A stretch of 64,000 nucleotides of DNA, taken from contig RDOA01000004.1 in NCBI GenBank assembly GCA_011364925.1, positions 45,011-109,010 of the forward strand. The letters run 5' to 3'. The notes beneath the pieces were generated by a model. The model was not told the origin of the DNA and searched no databases. It worked only from the letters and a program-made list of their open reading frames with translations. The position numbers and the translations under genes are program-made. Shown piece by piece: positions 8,835-19,634 of this stretch. Each line of letters starts with the position of its first letter. Positions within the stretch are counted from its first letter, which is position 1. Source of the stretch: Promethearchaeota archaeon. GTDB lineage: Archaea > Asgardarchaeota > Lokiarchaeia > Sigyniarchaeales > SOKP01.

Positions 8835-11745
8835 TGTCTGCGAATTTTTCTTTTAAAGCTATAAGCTTTTGCATTGCCTCAATTGGAGTTAGAGAGTTTA
8901 TATCAATTTCAGCAATAATATTCGCTAAATCTAAAATATGTTCATCATTTACGCTTTCTTTTATTATTTTTGGTTTAAAAAAAGTAGTTTGCACATATTT
9001 TTTCTCCCTTTCGCTATTGGGACGCAATTTTCTGCTGTGGACAACTTGAGTGCTTGTAGCTTTTTCAACTTCAATAGTTTTTTCAGCTAATAATTTTTGA
9101 ATCTTATCTATTTCATCCTCAATCTGATTTAACTTTTTTTCTTTCGAATCTATATTTGAATTTAAACGATCTAGTGCAGATTCTTTTTCTTGGAGAATCT
9201 TATCGTAGTATTTATCTCGAACCATTTCATTTCCATTTTCTTTAACTGTAGCTTTAAAAGGATCCTTTTCTTCAATTTGGTCTAAGATTTCAAACGCTCT
9301 GATTATAACATCATCCGGAATGCCCGCTAATCGTGCTACATGAATTCCATAAGACTTATCTGTGCTTCCAGGTTTTAATTTGCGAATGAAATTGATGCTA
9401 CCATCGTCATTTTCAATAATATCGAGGTGATAATTTTTAATTCGGGGTAAACTAATTTCAGTTAATTGGTGATAGTGAGTACTAAAAAGAGTTTTTGCTT
9501 TCAATTTATGGAGTTTCTCCAGAGTTGCAAACGCAATACTCTGACCATCACTCGTACTCGTCCCTCGTCCTAATTCGTCTATAATTATAAGACTTCTTTC
9601 AGTAGCAAAATTCAAAATTTTAGCAGTCTCAGTCATTTCAATCATAAAAGTACTTAATTTTCTTGCTAAATCGTCAGAAGCACCGATTCTAGTGAAAATC
9701 TTATCAATTATTCCTAAATTCGCTGATTTAGCGGGCACAAAACACCCCATCTGAGCGATAATGCAAGTTAAAGCAATTTGTCGAATGTAAGTACTCTTCC
9801 CTGCCATGTTTGGCCCCGTAATGATTAGAATTTGTTCTTTGTTAGGATCTAAATAACAATCATTAGGGATGAATGGATCAGATATATTGATTTGCTCAAT
9901 GACAGGATGACGCCCTTCCTTGATTATAACTATATCTTCATTATTCATTTTAGGTCTGCAATAATTATACTTTTCTGCTATTTCCGCAAAACAGGCTAAT
10001 ACGTCGATATAAGCGATATTTCTGGCAGTTTCTAAAATATTTAAAGTTTTTTCAACAACTTTTTCTCTAATTGTGCAAAATATTTCATATTCCAATTCAT
10101 TTACTTTATCTTCTGCGTGAACAATTTTTTCTTCAAGTTTTTTTAGTTCGCTGGTTGTATATCTCTTTGCATTTTTCAATGTCTGGCGTTCTATGTATTC
10201 ATTTGGTATATTTGGGATTTCTTTTAATGTTCTTAGAGTAATTTGGATGTAGTAGCCAAGGATATTATTGTGTCCAACTTTTAAACCAGAATTTAGGTTC
10301 CATCTCTTCTTCTGGGATTTCTCATAGTCAAGAATATAGTTCTTACCATTCTGTAGGATGTCTCTTAAATCATCGATCTCCTCATTGAAACTTGATTTAA
10401 TTAATCCTCCCTCTCTAACTGTGATTGGAGGATTTTCTTTGATTGAGACCTCAATTAATTCTTGTACTTCTCTAAAATCCTCGATTTTGTGGTTGAATGT
10501 TGAAATTTCTGGAATTTTTGCGTTTATTAATATTTCCTTAATTTTAGGGATTATTTCTAAGGCATGCTTTATGTTAATTAAATCCCTCGCATTAGTATTC
10601 CGGGAATAATTGATTCGGTTTACATATCTTTCAAGGTCTCCTATGACTTTTAATTCTTCCCTTAATTCTGATCGCAAGAAAACATCATCTTTAAACTTCT
10701 GAACTATATTGATCCTCTGATTTATTTCATCTAGATCTGTTAATGGCTGGAGAATTATTTTCTTTAATAAACGGGCACCCATAGGAGTATGTGTTTGGTT
10801 GAAAATAGAGTAGAGAGAAGTGTCTTTGCCTTTTTCCCAGAGAGAACTGACTAACTCTAAATTCCTCTGTGTGATATAATCAAGATGTAATACATTTTCC
10901 TCGCGAATAAGGCTTATCTTAAACAGGTTCGGAATCACATCTCTTTGTGTTTCTTTCAAAAAAGCTAATAACCCTCCTGATGCCCGTATCGCTAGATCAT
11001 GATTTTCTAAGTCCAAACTATCCAAGTTGGAAATTTTAAAGTGTCTTTTGATCAAATTAGTTGTTTCATCGTATTCAAATGCTAAATCTTCGTAAGTTTT
11101 AATTAGAGCGTCATTCAAATCAGTTAATAACATGAAGAGATTGTCGTCTTTTTTTAAATCAGTAGGAACGATCACTTCAACCGGATTATATTGCGAAAAA
11201 ACGCTCAATAATTTCTCTAAAGCGTCTTGGTCAACTTTTAAAAATTCAGCAGTAACAAACTCTCCGGTAGAGAGATCAACAAAGGCAATCCCAAAACCTT
11301 TCCTTTCCTTCACGATCGAGCAGATATAGTTATTTTCGTTAGACTTTAACATATCTAATTCAGTAATCGTTCCAGGAGAGAGTATTTGAACGACTCCTCG
11401 CTTTACTATTCTTCCTTTTACCGTAGAAGGATCCTCTAATTGATCAACAACTACAACAGTTTGTCCTAAATTTACTAAATTCTTTAAGTAATTCCCAGCA
11501 TGGTGAGGAATTCCCGCAAGAGGATACGCGTCATTTCCTACTTTTCGTTTTGTTAATGTAATTCCTAAGAGTTTAGAAACTCTTACAGCGTCGTCATAAA
11601 AGAACTCGTAAAAATCTCCCATTCTATAAGCTATTAAATGGTTTGGGTACTTTTCTTTATAAGTCTCCTTCACACTGAACCAGTGTTTCATCATAGGAGT
11701 TAAATCTTTGAAGTTCTTGATCTCATTAGATTCTTCGTAAGACAT
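8824..11745 (-). CDS. mutS: DNA mismatch repair protein MutS (MutS1)
   Basis: TPMM, GDFYEFF, GPNMAGKST, DELGRGTS, SYGIHVA, LTPIEAM. Confidence 0.96.
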   Translation of the reverse strand: MSYEESNEIKNFKDLTPMMKHWFSVKETYKEKYPNHLIAYRMGDFYEFFYDDAVRVSKLLGITLTKRKVGNDAYPLAGIPHHAGNYLKNLVNLGQTVVVVDQLEDPSTVKGRIVKRGVVQILSPGTITELDMLKSNENNYICSIVKERKGFGIAFVDLSTGEFVTAEFLKVDQDALEKLLSVFSQYNPVEVIVPTDLKKDDNLFMLLTDLNDALIKTYEDLAFEYDETTNLIKRHFKISNLDSLDLENHDLAIRASGGLLAFLKETQRDVIPNLFKISLIREENVLHLDYITQRNLELVSSLWEKGKDTSLYSIFNQTHTPMGARLLKKIILQPLTDLDEINQRINIVQKFKDDVFLRSELREELKVIGDLERYVNRINYSRNTNARDLINIKHALEIIPKIKEILINAKIPEISTFNHKIEDFREVQELIEVSIKENPPITVREGGLIKSSFNEEIDDLRDILQNGKNYILDYEKSQKKRWNLNSGLKVGHNNILGYYIQITLRTLKEIPNIPNEYIERQTLKNAKRYTTSELKKLEEKIVHAEDKVNELEYEIFCTIREKVVEKTLNILETARNIAYIDVLACFAEIAEKYNYCRPKMNNEDIVIIKEGRHPVIEQINISDPFIPNDCYLDPNKEQILIITGPNMAGKSTYIRQIALTCIIAQMGCFVPAKSANLGIIDKIFTRIGASDDLARKLSTFMIEMTETAKILNFATERSLIIIDELGRGTSTSDGQSIAFATLEKLHKLKAKTLFSTHYHQLTEISLPRIKNYHLDIIENDDGSINFIRKLKPGSTDKSYGIHVARLAGIPDDVIIRAFEILDQIEEKDPFKATVKENGNEMVRDKYYDKILQEKESALDRLNSNIDSKEKKLNQIEDEIDKIQKLLAEKTIEVEKATSTQVVHSRKLRPNSEREKKYVQTTFFKPKIIKESVNDEHILDLANIIAEIDINSLTPIEAMQKLIALKEKFADINK

Positions 11746-12037
11746 TATATATACGAAATCAATTTTCAGAATTAAATATTACAAGACTATAAGTTTTTAA
11801 AAGAAATTTATAGTATTTATTAGAAAATTAATAATATGTGGTTTCACTAAATCCACGGTGTTATGTCCAATGTCTGAATCCATGGCTTTGGGAAATCAAA
11901 AAATTCAGGATAATATTTGTAGATTTCAGTAAAAATTAATTTGAATATAAACAATATGTCAATTTTAAAGTAGGATGCAAACTATATTCCAACCAATTCA
12001 CTAAACCTTTTTATTTCTTATACCATGTTTAAATCCT

Positions 12038-12823
12038 ATGAGCAATCAAGAATTAATCTTGTATGAAGTTGACAATCGCATAGCGACAATTACTATTAAT
12101 CGTCCAGATAAAGCACACGCTTTTAACATTGAGATGCTTCAAATGATGCATAGCCGGTTATTAGAGGCAGATGAAGATGAATCAGTGAAATGTATTTTAA
12201 TCAAGAGCACCGAAGAACGTTTCTTCTCAGCAGGATACGACCTAAAAGAAATCCAAGGTGCTCCTGAAAAAATGTCGCAAATTAAAGAGTGGGGTAGAAA
12301 AGTAAATGAAACAATGCTACTCTTAAAGAAACCGATTATAACGCAAGTTAAAGGAATAGCTGTGGGTTTTGGAGTATTGATGATATTAGCTTCCGATCTT
12401 AGAATTTTTGCTGAAAGGCCAAAGGAGGAACTATATCTAAGGCTACCAGAGATTGCTATTTCAGCATTTCCTCAAACAGGAGCAACTCTTTTACCTCTAT
12501 TAGGTTTTGGACTTACATACGCTAAAAATATGTTGTTTACTGCTGATAAAGCGGGTTTAGAGGATCTCAAAAATATTAATTTTCCAACTCGCGTTTTTCC
12601 TCTCGAGACTATTGATTTGGAAACAAGAAAGTTCCTTAAAATCTTGACTAAACATCAAACGGAATTTCTATTCTTTATAAAATCCATGCTAACAATTATG
12701 AACAAAGCTTATATTAAATCTTGCTTCGATTTAGAAGATGAGTGTGGTAAATTAGCGTTTGCGAAAAAATCAATGAAAGAATTAGACGATTTTATAAAAG
12801 CTTTGCACAAAAAATTTCCATAA
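12038..12823 (+). CDS. enoyl-CoA hydratase/isomerase family protein
   Basis: INRPDK, FSAGYDL, GIAVGFG, LPE motifs. Confidence 0.88.
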   Translation: MSNQELILYEVDNRIATITINRPDKAHAFNIEMLQMMHSRLLEADEDESVKCILIKSTEERFFSAGYDLKEIQGAPEKMSQIKEWGRKVNETMLLLKKPIITQVKGIAVGFGVLMILASDLRIFAERPKEELYLRLPEIAISAFPQTGATLLPLLGFGLTYAKNMLFTADKAGLEDLKNINFPTRVFPLETIDLETRKFLKILTKHQTEFLFFIKSMLTIMNKAYIKSCFDLEDECGKLAFAKKSMKELDDFIKALHKKFP

Positions 12824-12852
12824 ATAACTCGATGAATTTTTTTATAACTGGT

Positions 12853-13695
12853 TTATTCCTTCTGATGTTTTTCTAGCCATATAAACATATCTTGAAACAC
12901 CTGCGCTCTACTCTTTTCAATCCATAATTCGTGAAGTAAACCATCATATTCCTTGTATGTTTTATCTTTAGCTTTCACATTTTCAAAAAATTCTTTAGTC
13001 GCTTCTTTATCGACGATTTTATCGTTTTGGGCTTGTATAATCAATGTTGGACAGAGTAAGTTTGCTGCATGTTCCATAGTCCATTTCATTGAACTTTCCA
13101 TTTCCGCCGCGGAACTAAAAGTTATTACTTCAGTTTTGTTTTTATCAGAAATGAGCTTTCGTAGAATCTTAACATCGCTAGTTAAAAGGTTTTGTTTTAT
13201 TTTCATATCAATAGTTTTATTAGGAGAGATTTTAGAAATAGATTTTTTACCCAATTTTTTACTTAAAGAGAAGTTTTTAGAATATCTCAATAAGGGGGAT
13301 GATGCAATAACTCCAGGTATGCTCGGATGATTAATCGCGAAAATTAAGGAAATCAGACCCCCAAAAGCTTGTCCCATTATAAAAATCTTTTTGTTATTGG
13401 CGTTTTCTTTTATCAGATCCATAAATAATACTATATCTTTCTGGATATGGTCCATGCTATCAATGTGTCCAGGAGTATCGCCTGCATTTCTCCAATGACC
13501 TCTAATATCAAATGCGTAAATAGCGTACCCATTTTCCGTGAAATACTCGGCTGGTACTTCCATTCTATCGGAATGGGAACCCCAACTATGTAGAGCTAAT
13601 ATGTAAGCGCTTACTTTGTTAGATTCGGGTAACCAATATTGATAAAACAGCCTTTTAGTTTCTCTTCCTTCAAAATAGCCTTTTTTGTTAATCAT
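12853..13695 (-). CDS. lysophospholipase/monoglyceride lipase-like alpha/beta-hydrolase fold protein (nucleophile Ser replaced by Ala)
   Basis: D-x-RGH, GQAFGG at the nucleophile elbow, QND and LHEL acid/His positions. Confidence 0.82.
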   Translation of the reverse strand: MINKKGYFEGRETKRLFYQYWLPESNKVSAYILALHSWGSHSDRMEVPAEYFTENGYAIYAFDIRGHWRNAGDTPGHIDSMDHIQKDIVLFMDLIKENANNKKIFIMGQAFGGLISLIFAINHPSIPGVIASSPLLRYSKNFSLSKKLGKKSISKISPNKTIDMKIKQNLLTSDVKILRKLISDKNKTEVITFSSAAEMESSMKWTMEHAANLLCPTLIIQAQNDKIVDKEATKEFFENVKAKDKTYKEYDGLLHELWIEKSRAQVFQDMFIWLEKHQKE

Positions 13696-13878
13696 AAGAT
13701 TTAGCTCATCGAATAATTTTCAAATGGATACACATATTGATGAAATATACTCTTTATACTTTTCAATATATGAAAGTTGTTTGATGGCATTTACCTTAAA
13801 TTAGCAAAAATTTTTAATTTTTTAGAGAACTCTTTAAGAGTAAGTTTCATCCCAAAAAATTAAATTGATTTTAATCAG

Positions 13879-14475
13879 GTGTATAATATGAGTGAGTTGG
13901 ACTTAATAAAAATAATTTTGCTTGGTAGAGGTGGTATGGGAATCGTAACTGCTTGTGAAATAATAGCTGAAGCCGCATACTTAAGTGGTAATTTTATTGA
14001 TGTTCAAGCATATCCTTCCTTTGGAGCAGAAAGAAGAGGAGCCCCAGTCCAAGCATATGTAAAATTATCTAGAACTGAAAAAGTATACGATCGTTCTCAA
14101 ATTGAAAATCCTCATATCCTAATCGTTTTTGATGACAGTGTATTAACCGAAGAGATTGCTAACTCGTTAGAAAGAAATGGAATATTTATCGTAAATTCTG
14201 ATAAAAATCCTGAACATTTTGTTGCAAAATATAATCTTGATGAAAGTGTTAAAGTTATCGTGGCAGATATTAATAACTTAGCTCTTGAGAAAAATCTCAC
14301 TATAGACGGAAATCCTGTAATTAACACGCCAATATTAGGCCTCCTCTCAAAAGCTTTACCCGATTTACATTTGGAAAATTTAAAAGATGTATTATTAAAC
14401 AAAATGGGAGAACAATTAGGAAACCTTAACTATGAATTGATTGAGAAAGGTTATAGTATAGCAAAACTATTGTAA
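13879..14475 (+). CDS. porG: 2-oxoacid (pyruvate):ferredoxin oxidoreductase gamma subunit
   Basis: GRGGMG, FGAERRGAPV, NTPILG. Confidence 0.9.
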   Translation: MYNMSELDLIKIILLGRGGMGIVTACEIIAEAAYLSGNFIDVQAYPSFGAERRGAPVQAYVKLSRTEKVYDRSQIENPHILIVFDDSVLTEEIANSLERNGIFIVNSDKNPEHFVAKYNLDESVKVIVADINNLALEKNLTIDGNPVINTPILGLLSKALPDLHLENLKDVLLNKMGEQLGNLNYELIEKGYSIAKLL

Positions 14476-14498
14476 ATTTGAGTTTACCTTAATGTTGG

Positions 14499-16739
14499 TT
14501 ACGTAATTGGCAACTTGACTACAAATGTACTTCCTTTATTCCTACCGGCAGACTCAGCTCTGATTTCTCCATTGTGTGAATCAACTATCTCTTTCGAAAT
14601 ATAGAGGCCTAATCCCGATCCCTGAATGTCGATGTATTCATAACCTTCGCCATATCGCTCTAATTTACCAAATCTTGTGAATAACATATCCATTTCCTCT
14701 TTAGATATACCGATACCTGTATCACTTATTGACAATTCTGCAGAATCCTCATTCTTTTTTAACTTTACAAGTATCTCTCCATTTGGTGGTGTATTTTTAA
14801 TTGCGTTTGTAAGTAGATTTACGATTACTTGCTCAATCCGAACTTTATCCACTTTAATTTGAAAAGAGTCTGGAATTGCGAGCTTTAATTTAATATTTCT
14901 TTCTCTTATTAAATATATCAGTTCATGTGAAATCTCTCGTATTATAGCACTCAAATCATTTTGTTCTTTCATTAAGTGAAATTTGTCGTATTCGATTCGA
15001 GAGATATCGATTAGATTATCAACTAAATGTTTCAATCTTTTACCTCCTTTTTTAATTAGTTCTACGATCTCTAATTCATCTTTGCTCAATTTTCCCCCAT
15101 GTATTGTTAACAGAAGTTCGCTCCCTCCAGTCACGGAAACTAGAGGGGTTTTTAACTCATGAGATACTCTTGAAATTAAGTTTTTCCGGAGTTTATCTAG
15201 CTCTTTTAATTTCTTAACTTCTTCATTAATTAAGAATTCCGCTTCTTTTTTAACCGTGATATCTGTAAATAGCGCTTGGACAAACGTTTCATCATTAATT
15301 TTTAATAAAGCTGCTTGCAGATTCGTCCAAAAGATAGTCCCATCCTTCTTCTGAAGCTTTACATCAATTCTATGCATTTCCTCCCCCTTTATGAATCTTT
15401 TAAAGAGGTCAAGAATTTTATTTAATTGATCTGGATGTATAACTGAAAGATCCATAAATTTACGACCAAGAGCTTCTTCAAGAGAGAAACCAAACATATG
15501 TTCCGCTTTAGGGTTCAGATCTATTACTTCTCCTTGAGTATTGATTAATACGACAGAAAATGGAGTATTATCATAAAGATTGCGGTACTTTTTCTCTGAC
15601 TCTCTTAACTTCTTTTCTAAATTATATTTCTCTGTAATATCGATGAATGTACCTTCAATTCCATAAGGAATTCCTTGTTTGTCTAACATTAAATGAGAGT
15701 TCAACTGCACTGTTATCTTTTTACCTCGTTTTGTTAAGGAAGGGCAAATGTAATTTTTAGCATGACCATCTCTTAATATCTGTTCAATGTATTGTTCTCG
15801 ATCATCAGGAAATTGCCAAAATTCAGTAACCTTCTTACCAATGAGACTTTCTGAATCTTCATACTCTAAAATTTTATTATGAGCGGGATTATGATTTAAC
15901 ATAATACCTTCGAGTGTCACTTGATAAAATCCAACATCTAGATTATTAATCATATCGCGATATTTAAGTTCGGAATCTTTCAATTGCTCTTCTGCTTTCT
16001 TTCTTTCAGTTATGTCTTCAGTACGCACAATTATTAAATCTGGATGAACGTAACCGTAGTTAACAAGGAAGTATTTATCTTCATCAGAGAATTGAAATCT
16101 ATATTTCATTTCTCGTTTAAGATGCTTTTTTTCCGTTTGACATTGATGTAAATCATTTAAAATATCTAAACGATCTTTGTACATCTCTGATGCCTTGTTT
16201 CCAACAAAGTTAATAACATTTCCTTTAGATATATCTATTGCTGCGTTGTTAAAATCAATTAAAACAAAATCGCCATCTACTTTTTTCCAAATATAAGCAG
16301 GTATGGATCCCTCTTTAAATAGTGCTTTGAACATAGCAGTTGATGCGCTCAACTTTTTTTCCGATTTCTTCCGTTCTGTTATATTTTTTGCTATTCCTAA
16401 TATAGCATATATCTCACCGTTTTTCTTTAGTGGTATCCCATATGTTTCCAAGTAAAGATAATCGCCCGTTTTCGTTTTAACTTTATATTCGCTTTGAGCC
16501 GATTGTTTTCCTGTTTTTCTTATTTCTTTAGTAATTTTATACGCTTTGACTAAATTATCTCTATCTAAAAGATCTATAAAAGTAAGATTAGGGATTTCTT
16601 CTCTATCAAAACCTAAAGCAATTAATGTTAAATCACTAGCATCAAGGAAATTTCCATTCAGATCGTTCACATAAATCAAGTCTAACGAGTGTTCAAATAG
16701 CTCTTTGTACTTTTCTCTAACCTCTTCTCTATTATACAT
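14499..16739 (-). CDS. multi-PAS sensor histidine kinase (cytoplasmic)
   Basis: About four PAS/PAC repeats ending (D/N)ITE; H-box SHELKTPL; NLLTNAIK, DTGIG, GSGLGL; likely ATG16739 after a GGTGA SD. Confidence 0.93.
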   Translation of the reverse strand: MYNREEVREKYKELFEHSLDLIYVNDLNGNFLDASDLTLIALGFDREEIPNLTFIDLLDRDNLVKAYKITKEIRKTGKQSAQSEYKVKTKTGDYLYLETYGIPLKKNGEIYAILGIAKNITERKKSEKKLSASTAMFKALFKEGSIPAYIWKKVDGDFVLIDFNNAAIDISKGNVINFVGNKASEMYKDRLDILNDLHQCQTEKKHLKREMKYRFQFSDEDKYFLVNYGYVHPDLIIVRTEDITERKKAEEQLKDSELKYRDMINNLDVGFYQVTLEGIMLNHNPAHNKILEYEDSESLIGKKVTEFWQFPDDREQYIEQILRDGHAKNYICPSLTKRGKKITVQLNSHLMLDKQGIPYGIEGTFIDITEKYNLEKKLRESEKKYRNLYDNTPFSVVLINTQGEVIDLNPKAEHMFGFSLEEALGRKFMDLSVIHPDQLNKILDLFKRFIKGEEMHRIDVKLQKKDGTIFWTNLQAALLKINDETFVQALFTDITVKKEAEFLINEEVKKLKELDKLRKNLISRVSHELKTPLVSVTGGSELLLTIHGGKLSKDELEIVELIKKGGKRLKHLVDNLIDISRIEYDKFHLMKEQNDLSAIIREISHELIYLIRERNIKLKLAIPDSFQIKVDKVRIEQVIVNLLTNAIKNTPPNGEILVKLKKNEDSAELSISDTGIGISKEEMDMLFTRFGKLERYGEGYEYIDIQGSGLGLYISKEIVDSHNGEIRAESAGRNKGSTFVVKLPIT

Positions 16740-17018
16740 TTTTTTTTTCACCTAAGGATATGACCTTTATCTATAGCAGAAGGTGACCTATTGAGATAAT
16801 GAAAGGGGTGAATATAAATTTCTTTCGATTTCAAAACATCAGAATTCACAACTTTCTTTTTGGATTCTCATATATTAAGCTTTATGTCAGTTAAGAAAGA
16901 ATAACGATATTTTATATAATTTTTGGTGCATTTCCCTATTTAAATTAATAGGAAGAATTTTATTTTAATAGGTATTAGTTTTTATATTGATCATTATTCC
17001 TTAATTTGTGAAATATCT

Positions 17019-17318
17019 ATGGTAGATGCAAAAAAAGACTTTCAAAAAATCCTAGGTTCTGTTCAAAAACCCGTTAAAGGTGAAGCTGGAAAAACAGGCA
17101 CTTGGAGTTCTAAAAAACCTATAATAGATCTAGAGAAATGCATTCCTGTAAAATCTGGGAAGCCAAGTTGCTTTAATTGTTGGTTGTATTGTCCAGAAGC
17201 AGTAGTAACAAGGACTATTCCTCCAAAAATAGATTTAGAATATTGTAAAGGATGTGGGATATGTCAGATGGAATGTCCTGTAAAAGCAATTTCTATGGAA
17301 GAGGTGAAAATTGAATGA
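17019..17318 (+). CDS. porD: 2-oxoacid:ferredoxin oxidoreductase delta subunit (2x[4Fe-4S])
   Basis: KTGTW, CWLYCPE, YCKGCGICQMECP. Confidence 0.9.
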   Translation: MVDAKKDFQKILGSVQKPVKGEAGKTGTWSSKKPIIDLEKCIPVKSGKPSCFNCWLYCPEAVVTRTIPPKIDLEYCKGCGICQMECPVKAISMEEVKIE

Positions 17319-18613
17319 CAATATCCGAGAAAAGCGAGAAAATTAGAGATTTAAAAACAAAAATCTTAACTGGAAACCACGCCGCAGCACATGCGTTAAG
17401 ACAAGCTAAAGTTGGAGTTATAGCTGCTTATCCAATAACTCCACAAAGCCCTGTTGTAGAAAAAATTGCAGAATTCATATCTAAGGGAAAATTAAACGCC
17501 CGATTTGTAAAAGTAGAGTCAGAACATTCTGCTCTTGCTGTATGTTGTGCGGCTTCTGCAACTGGGTCTAGAGTTGGGACTGCAACTTCGTCACATGGAT
17601 TGATGCTAATGTATGAAATGCTACCTTGGGCATCTGGAAATAGATTACCAATTATTATTAACTTAGCAACTCGAGCTACTGGTGCACCATGGTCCGTTTG
17701 GACAGATCATCAGGATTTTATAACAATTCGTGATGTGGGTTGGATTCAGATGTTTTGTATGGATAACCAAGAGATTTACGATACAAATTTACAAGCCTTT
17801 AAAATAGCAGAAGATCCACGGGTTTTTCTTCCAGCGATCGTTGCTTATGACGGCTATATTTTATCTCATACAATGATGCCAGTATCAATAGAGAAACAAG
17901 ATGAAGTTGACAATTTTCTACCTCCATTAGAACATCATTACAACCTTTCTGACATTTCAGTTGTAAAGGGGATAGATCCAGTTACTACACCTTATTTAAG
18001 AGATAGAAGTTCTGAAGGTATAGCTCCAGGGTACTTTGAGTATCGCTATGCAATGCAAAAAGCTCTTGAAAATTCAATTGAAATTATTATGAAAGTACAT
18101 GATGAATTTTCAGAAAAATTTGGGCGTTCCTATGGAAATGGTATTTATAAAACATATTTAACTGAAGATGCTGAGGTTATTATATTCGCAATGGGATCAG
18201 TCGCGTCACAAGCAAGGAATGTTATCGGTCAGCTTCGGAAAGAAGGAATGAAAGTCGGATTAGTAAGTTTAAAACTATTTAGACCTTTCCCTGCTTCACA
18301 GTTGCGAGCTTTATTAAAGGGTGTAAAACTAGTAGTTGTGTTTGATCGAGATATCGGATATGGTTATGAGGGCGTTCTATCGTACGAATTGAAGGCAGCT
18401 TTGTACGGTTTAAAAGAATCGCCTTTTATTAAAGGATTTATTGTGGGATTGGGTGGTAGAGATATAACCGATCAACATATAAAGAAAGGAATAACCAAAG
18501 CACTCAAAGAATCAGAAAAAGGTATTATTTCTCACGAAACTGATTTCATAGGTACACAATTGGAGTTGTTAAGTGAATATGATGAAAAAGAATATTTTAA
18601 AGGAGGCTTATGA
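17315..18613 (+). CDS. porA: 2-oxoacid:ferredoxin oxidoreductase alpha subunit
   Basis: AYPITPQ, VESEHSA, FRPFP, GLGGRD; ATGA overlap with porD. Confidence 0.93.
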   Translation: MTISEKSEKIRDLKTKILTGNHAAAHALRQAKVGVIAAYPITPQSPVVEKIAEFISKGKLNARFVKVESEHSALAVCCAASATGSRVGTATSSHGLMLMYEMLPWASGNRLPIIINLATRATGAPWSVWTDHQDFITIRDVGWIQMFCMDNQEIYDTNLQAFKIAEDPRVFLPAIVAYDGYILSHTMMPVSIEKQDEVDNFLPPLEHHYNLSDISVVKGIDPVTTPYLRDRSSEGIAPGYFEYRYAMQKALENSIEIIMKVHDEFSEKFGRSYGNGIYKTYLTEDAEVIIFAMGSVASQARNVIGQLRKEGMKVGLVSLKLFRPFPASQLRALLKGVKLVVVFDRDIGYGYEGVLSYELKAALYGLKESPFIKGFIVGLGGRDITDQHIKKGITKALKESEKGIISHETDFIGTQLELLSEYDEKEYFKGGL

Positions 18614-19515
18614 AAATGGTTAAAACGATGGATCTTCCCGAAGAAGAATATATTCTTCCTGGAACCAGAGCTTGTGCAGGATGTTCTATGGCGCTAATTT
18701 ACAGGATAGCCTTAAAAGCATTAGGTCCAAACACGATAATTACTGTTCCAGCATCGTGTTTAACTGTACTCCATGGAATGCAAGGATTTTGTACAACCAA
18801 AGTTTCGGTACTTCACACCCCTTTTGCCACTACAGGCGCATCAGCATCGGGTATCGTAGCGTCTCTTGAAGACAAGGGATTAGCAGATGAAATTAATGTC
18901 GTAGCGTTTGCAGGTGATGGAGGTACGGTTGATATTGGAATCCAAAGCTTAAGTGGAGCGGTTGAACGAGGTACAAATTTTATTTTTGCATGCTACGATA
19001 ATGAAGCTTATATGAATACAGGAGTTCAGAGGAGTGGAAGTACCCCGCCAGGAGCTTTTAGCACCACTACGCCAAATGGGAAAACGGGGTATAAGAAAAA
19101 TATGGCTAAAATTCTAGAAGCTCATGGTATACCATATGTAGCAACAGCAATATCCTCTTACCCTCTTGATTTATATCAGAAATTTAGAAACGCGGTAGAA
19201 ATTAAGGGTCCAAAGTACATCCACATTCTCGCTCCATGTCCTCCTGGTTGGGGGTATAATCCAAAAGACTCAATTGAAATCGGGAGACTAGCGGTTCAAA
19301 CTGGTTTTTGGCCTTTATACGAAGTTATCGAAGGAAAATTTATCTTATCAAAAGATAGTCAAAAATTTATAGATCCTGCTAAGCGAAAACCTATTACTGA
19401 TTATTTAAAAGCTCAAAAAAGGTTTAAGAGTATATCTGATAAAGAAATTAAGCAATATCAGAATTATATAGAAGCACAATGGAATGAAATTGAAAAAAGA
19501 ATTAAAAATGAATAG
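18610..19515 (+). CDS. porB: 2-oxoacid:ferredoxin oxidoreductase beta subunit
   Basis: ACAGC, GDGG, DNEAYMNTGVQRS, PCPPGW; ATGA overlap with porA. Confidence 0.93.
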   Translation: MKMVKTMDLPEEEYILPGTRACAGCSMALIYRIALKALGPNTIITVPASCLTVLHGMQGFCTTKVSVLHTPFATTGASASGIVASLEDKGLADEINVVAFAGDGGTVDIGIQSLSGAVERGTNFIFACYDNEAYMNTGVQRSGSTPPGAFSTTTPNGKTGYKKNMAKILEAHGIPYVATAISSYPLDLYQKFRNAVEIKGPKYIHILAPCPPGWGYNPKDSIEIGRLAVQTGFWPLYEVIEGKFILSKDSQKFIDPAKRKPITDYLKAQKRFKSISDKEIKQYQNYIEAQWNEIEKRIKNE

Positions 19516-19634
19516 CGTAAATAACTATTAATTCCTTCTTAAAATTCTTTAGGTACATTTATCTACTTCTAACAAATTAGTTAAGAGATAGAAAAGAATA
19601 TAAACTAATTAAAGTTAAAAATACTTGATTCTAT

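Noticed and set aside
11830-11935. Slightly GC-richer intergenic stretch with a weak hairpin and a 24-codon ORF upstream of mutS
   Set aside because: No tRNA cloverleaf or recognisable ncRNA motif; the stem is imperfect
16755-16800. TGACCT direct repeats and a short ACCTT/AAGGT stem upstream of the histidine kinase
   Set aside because: Too short to distinguish from chance
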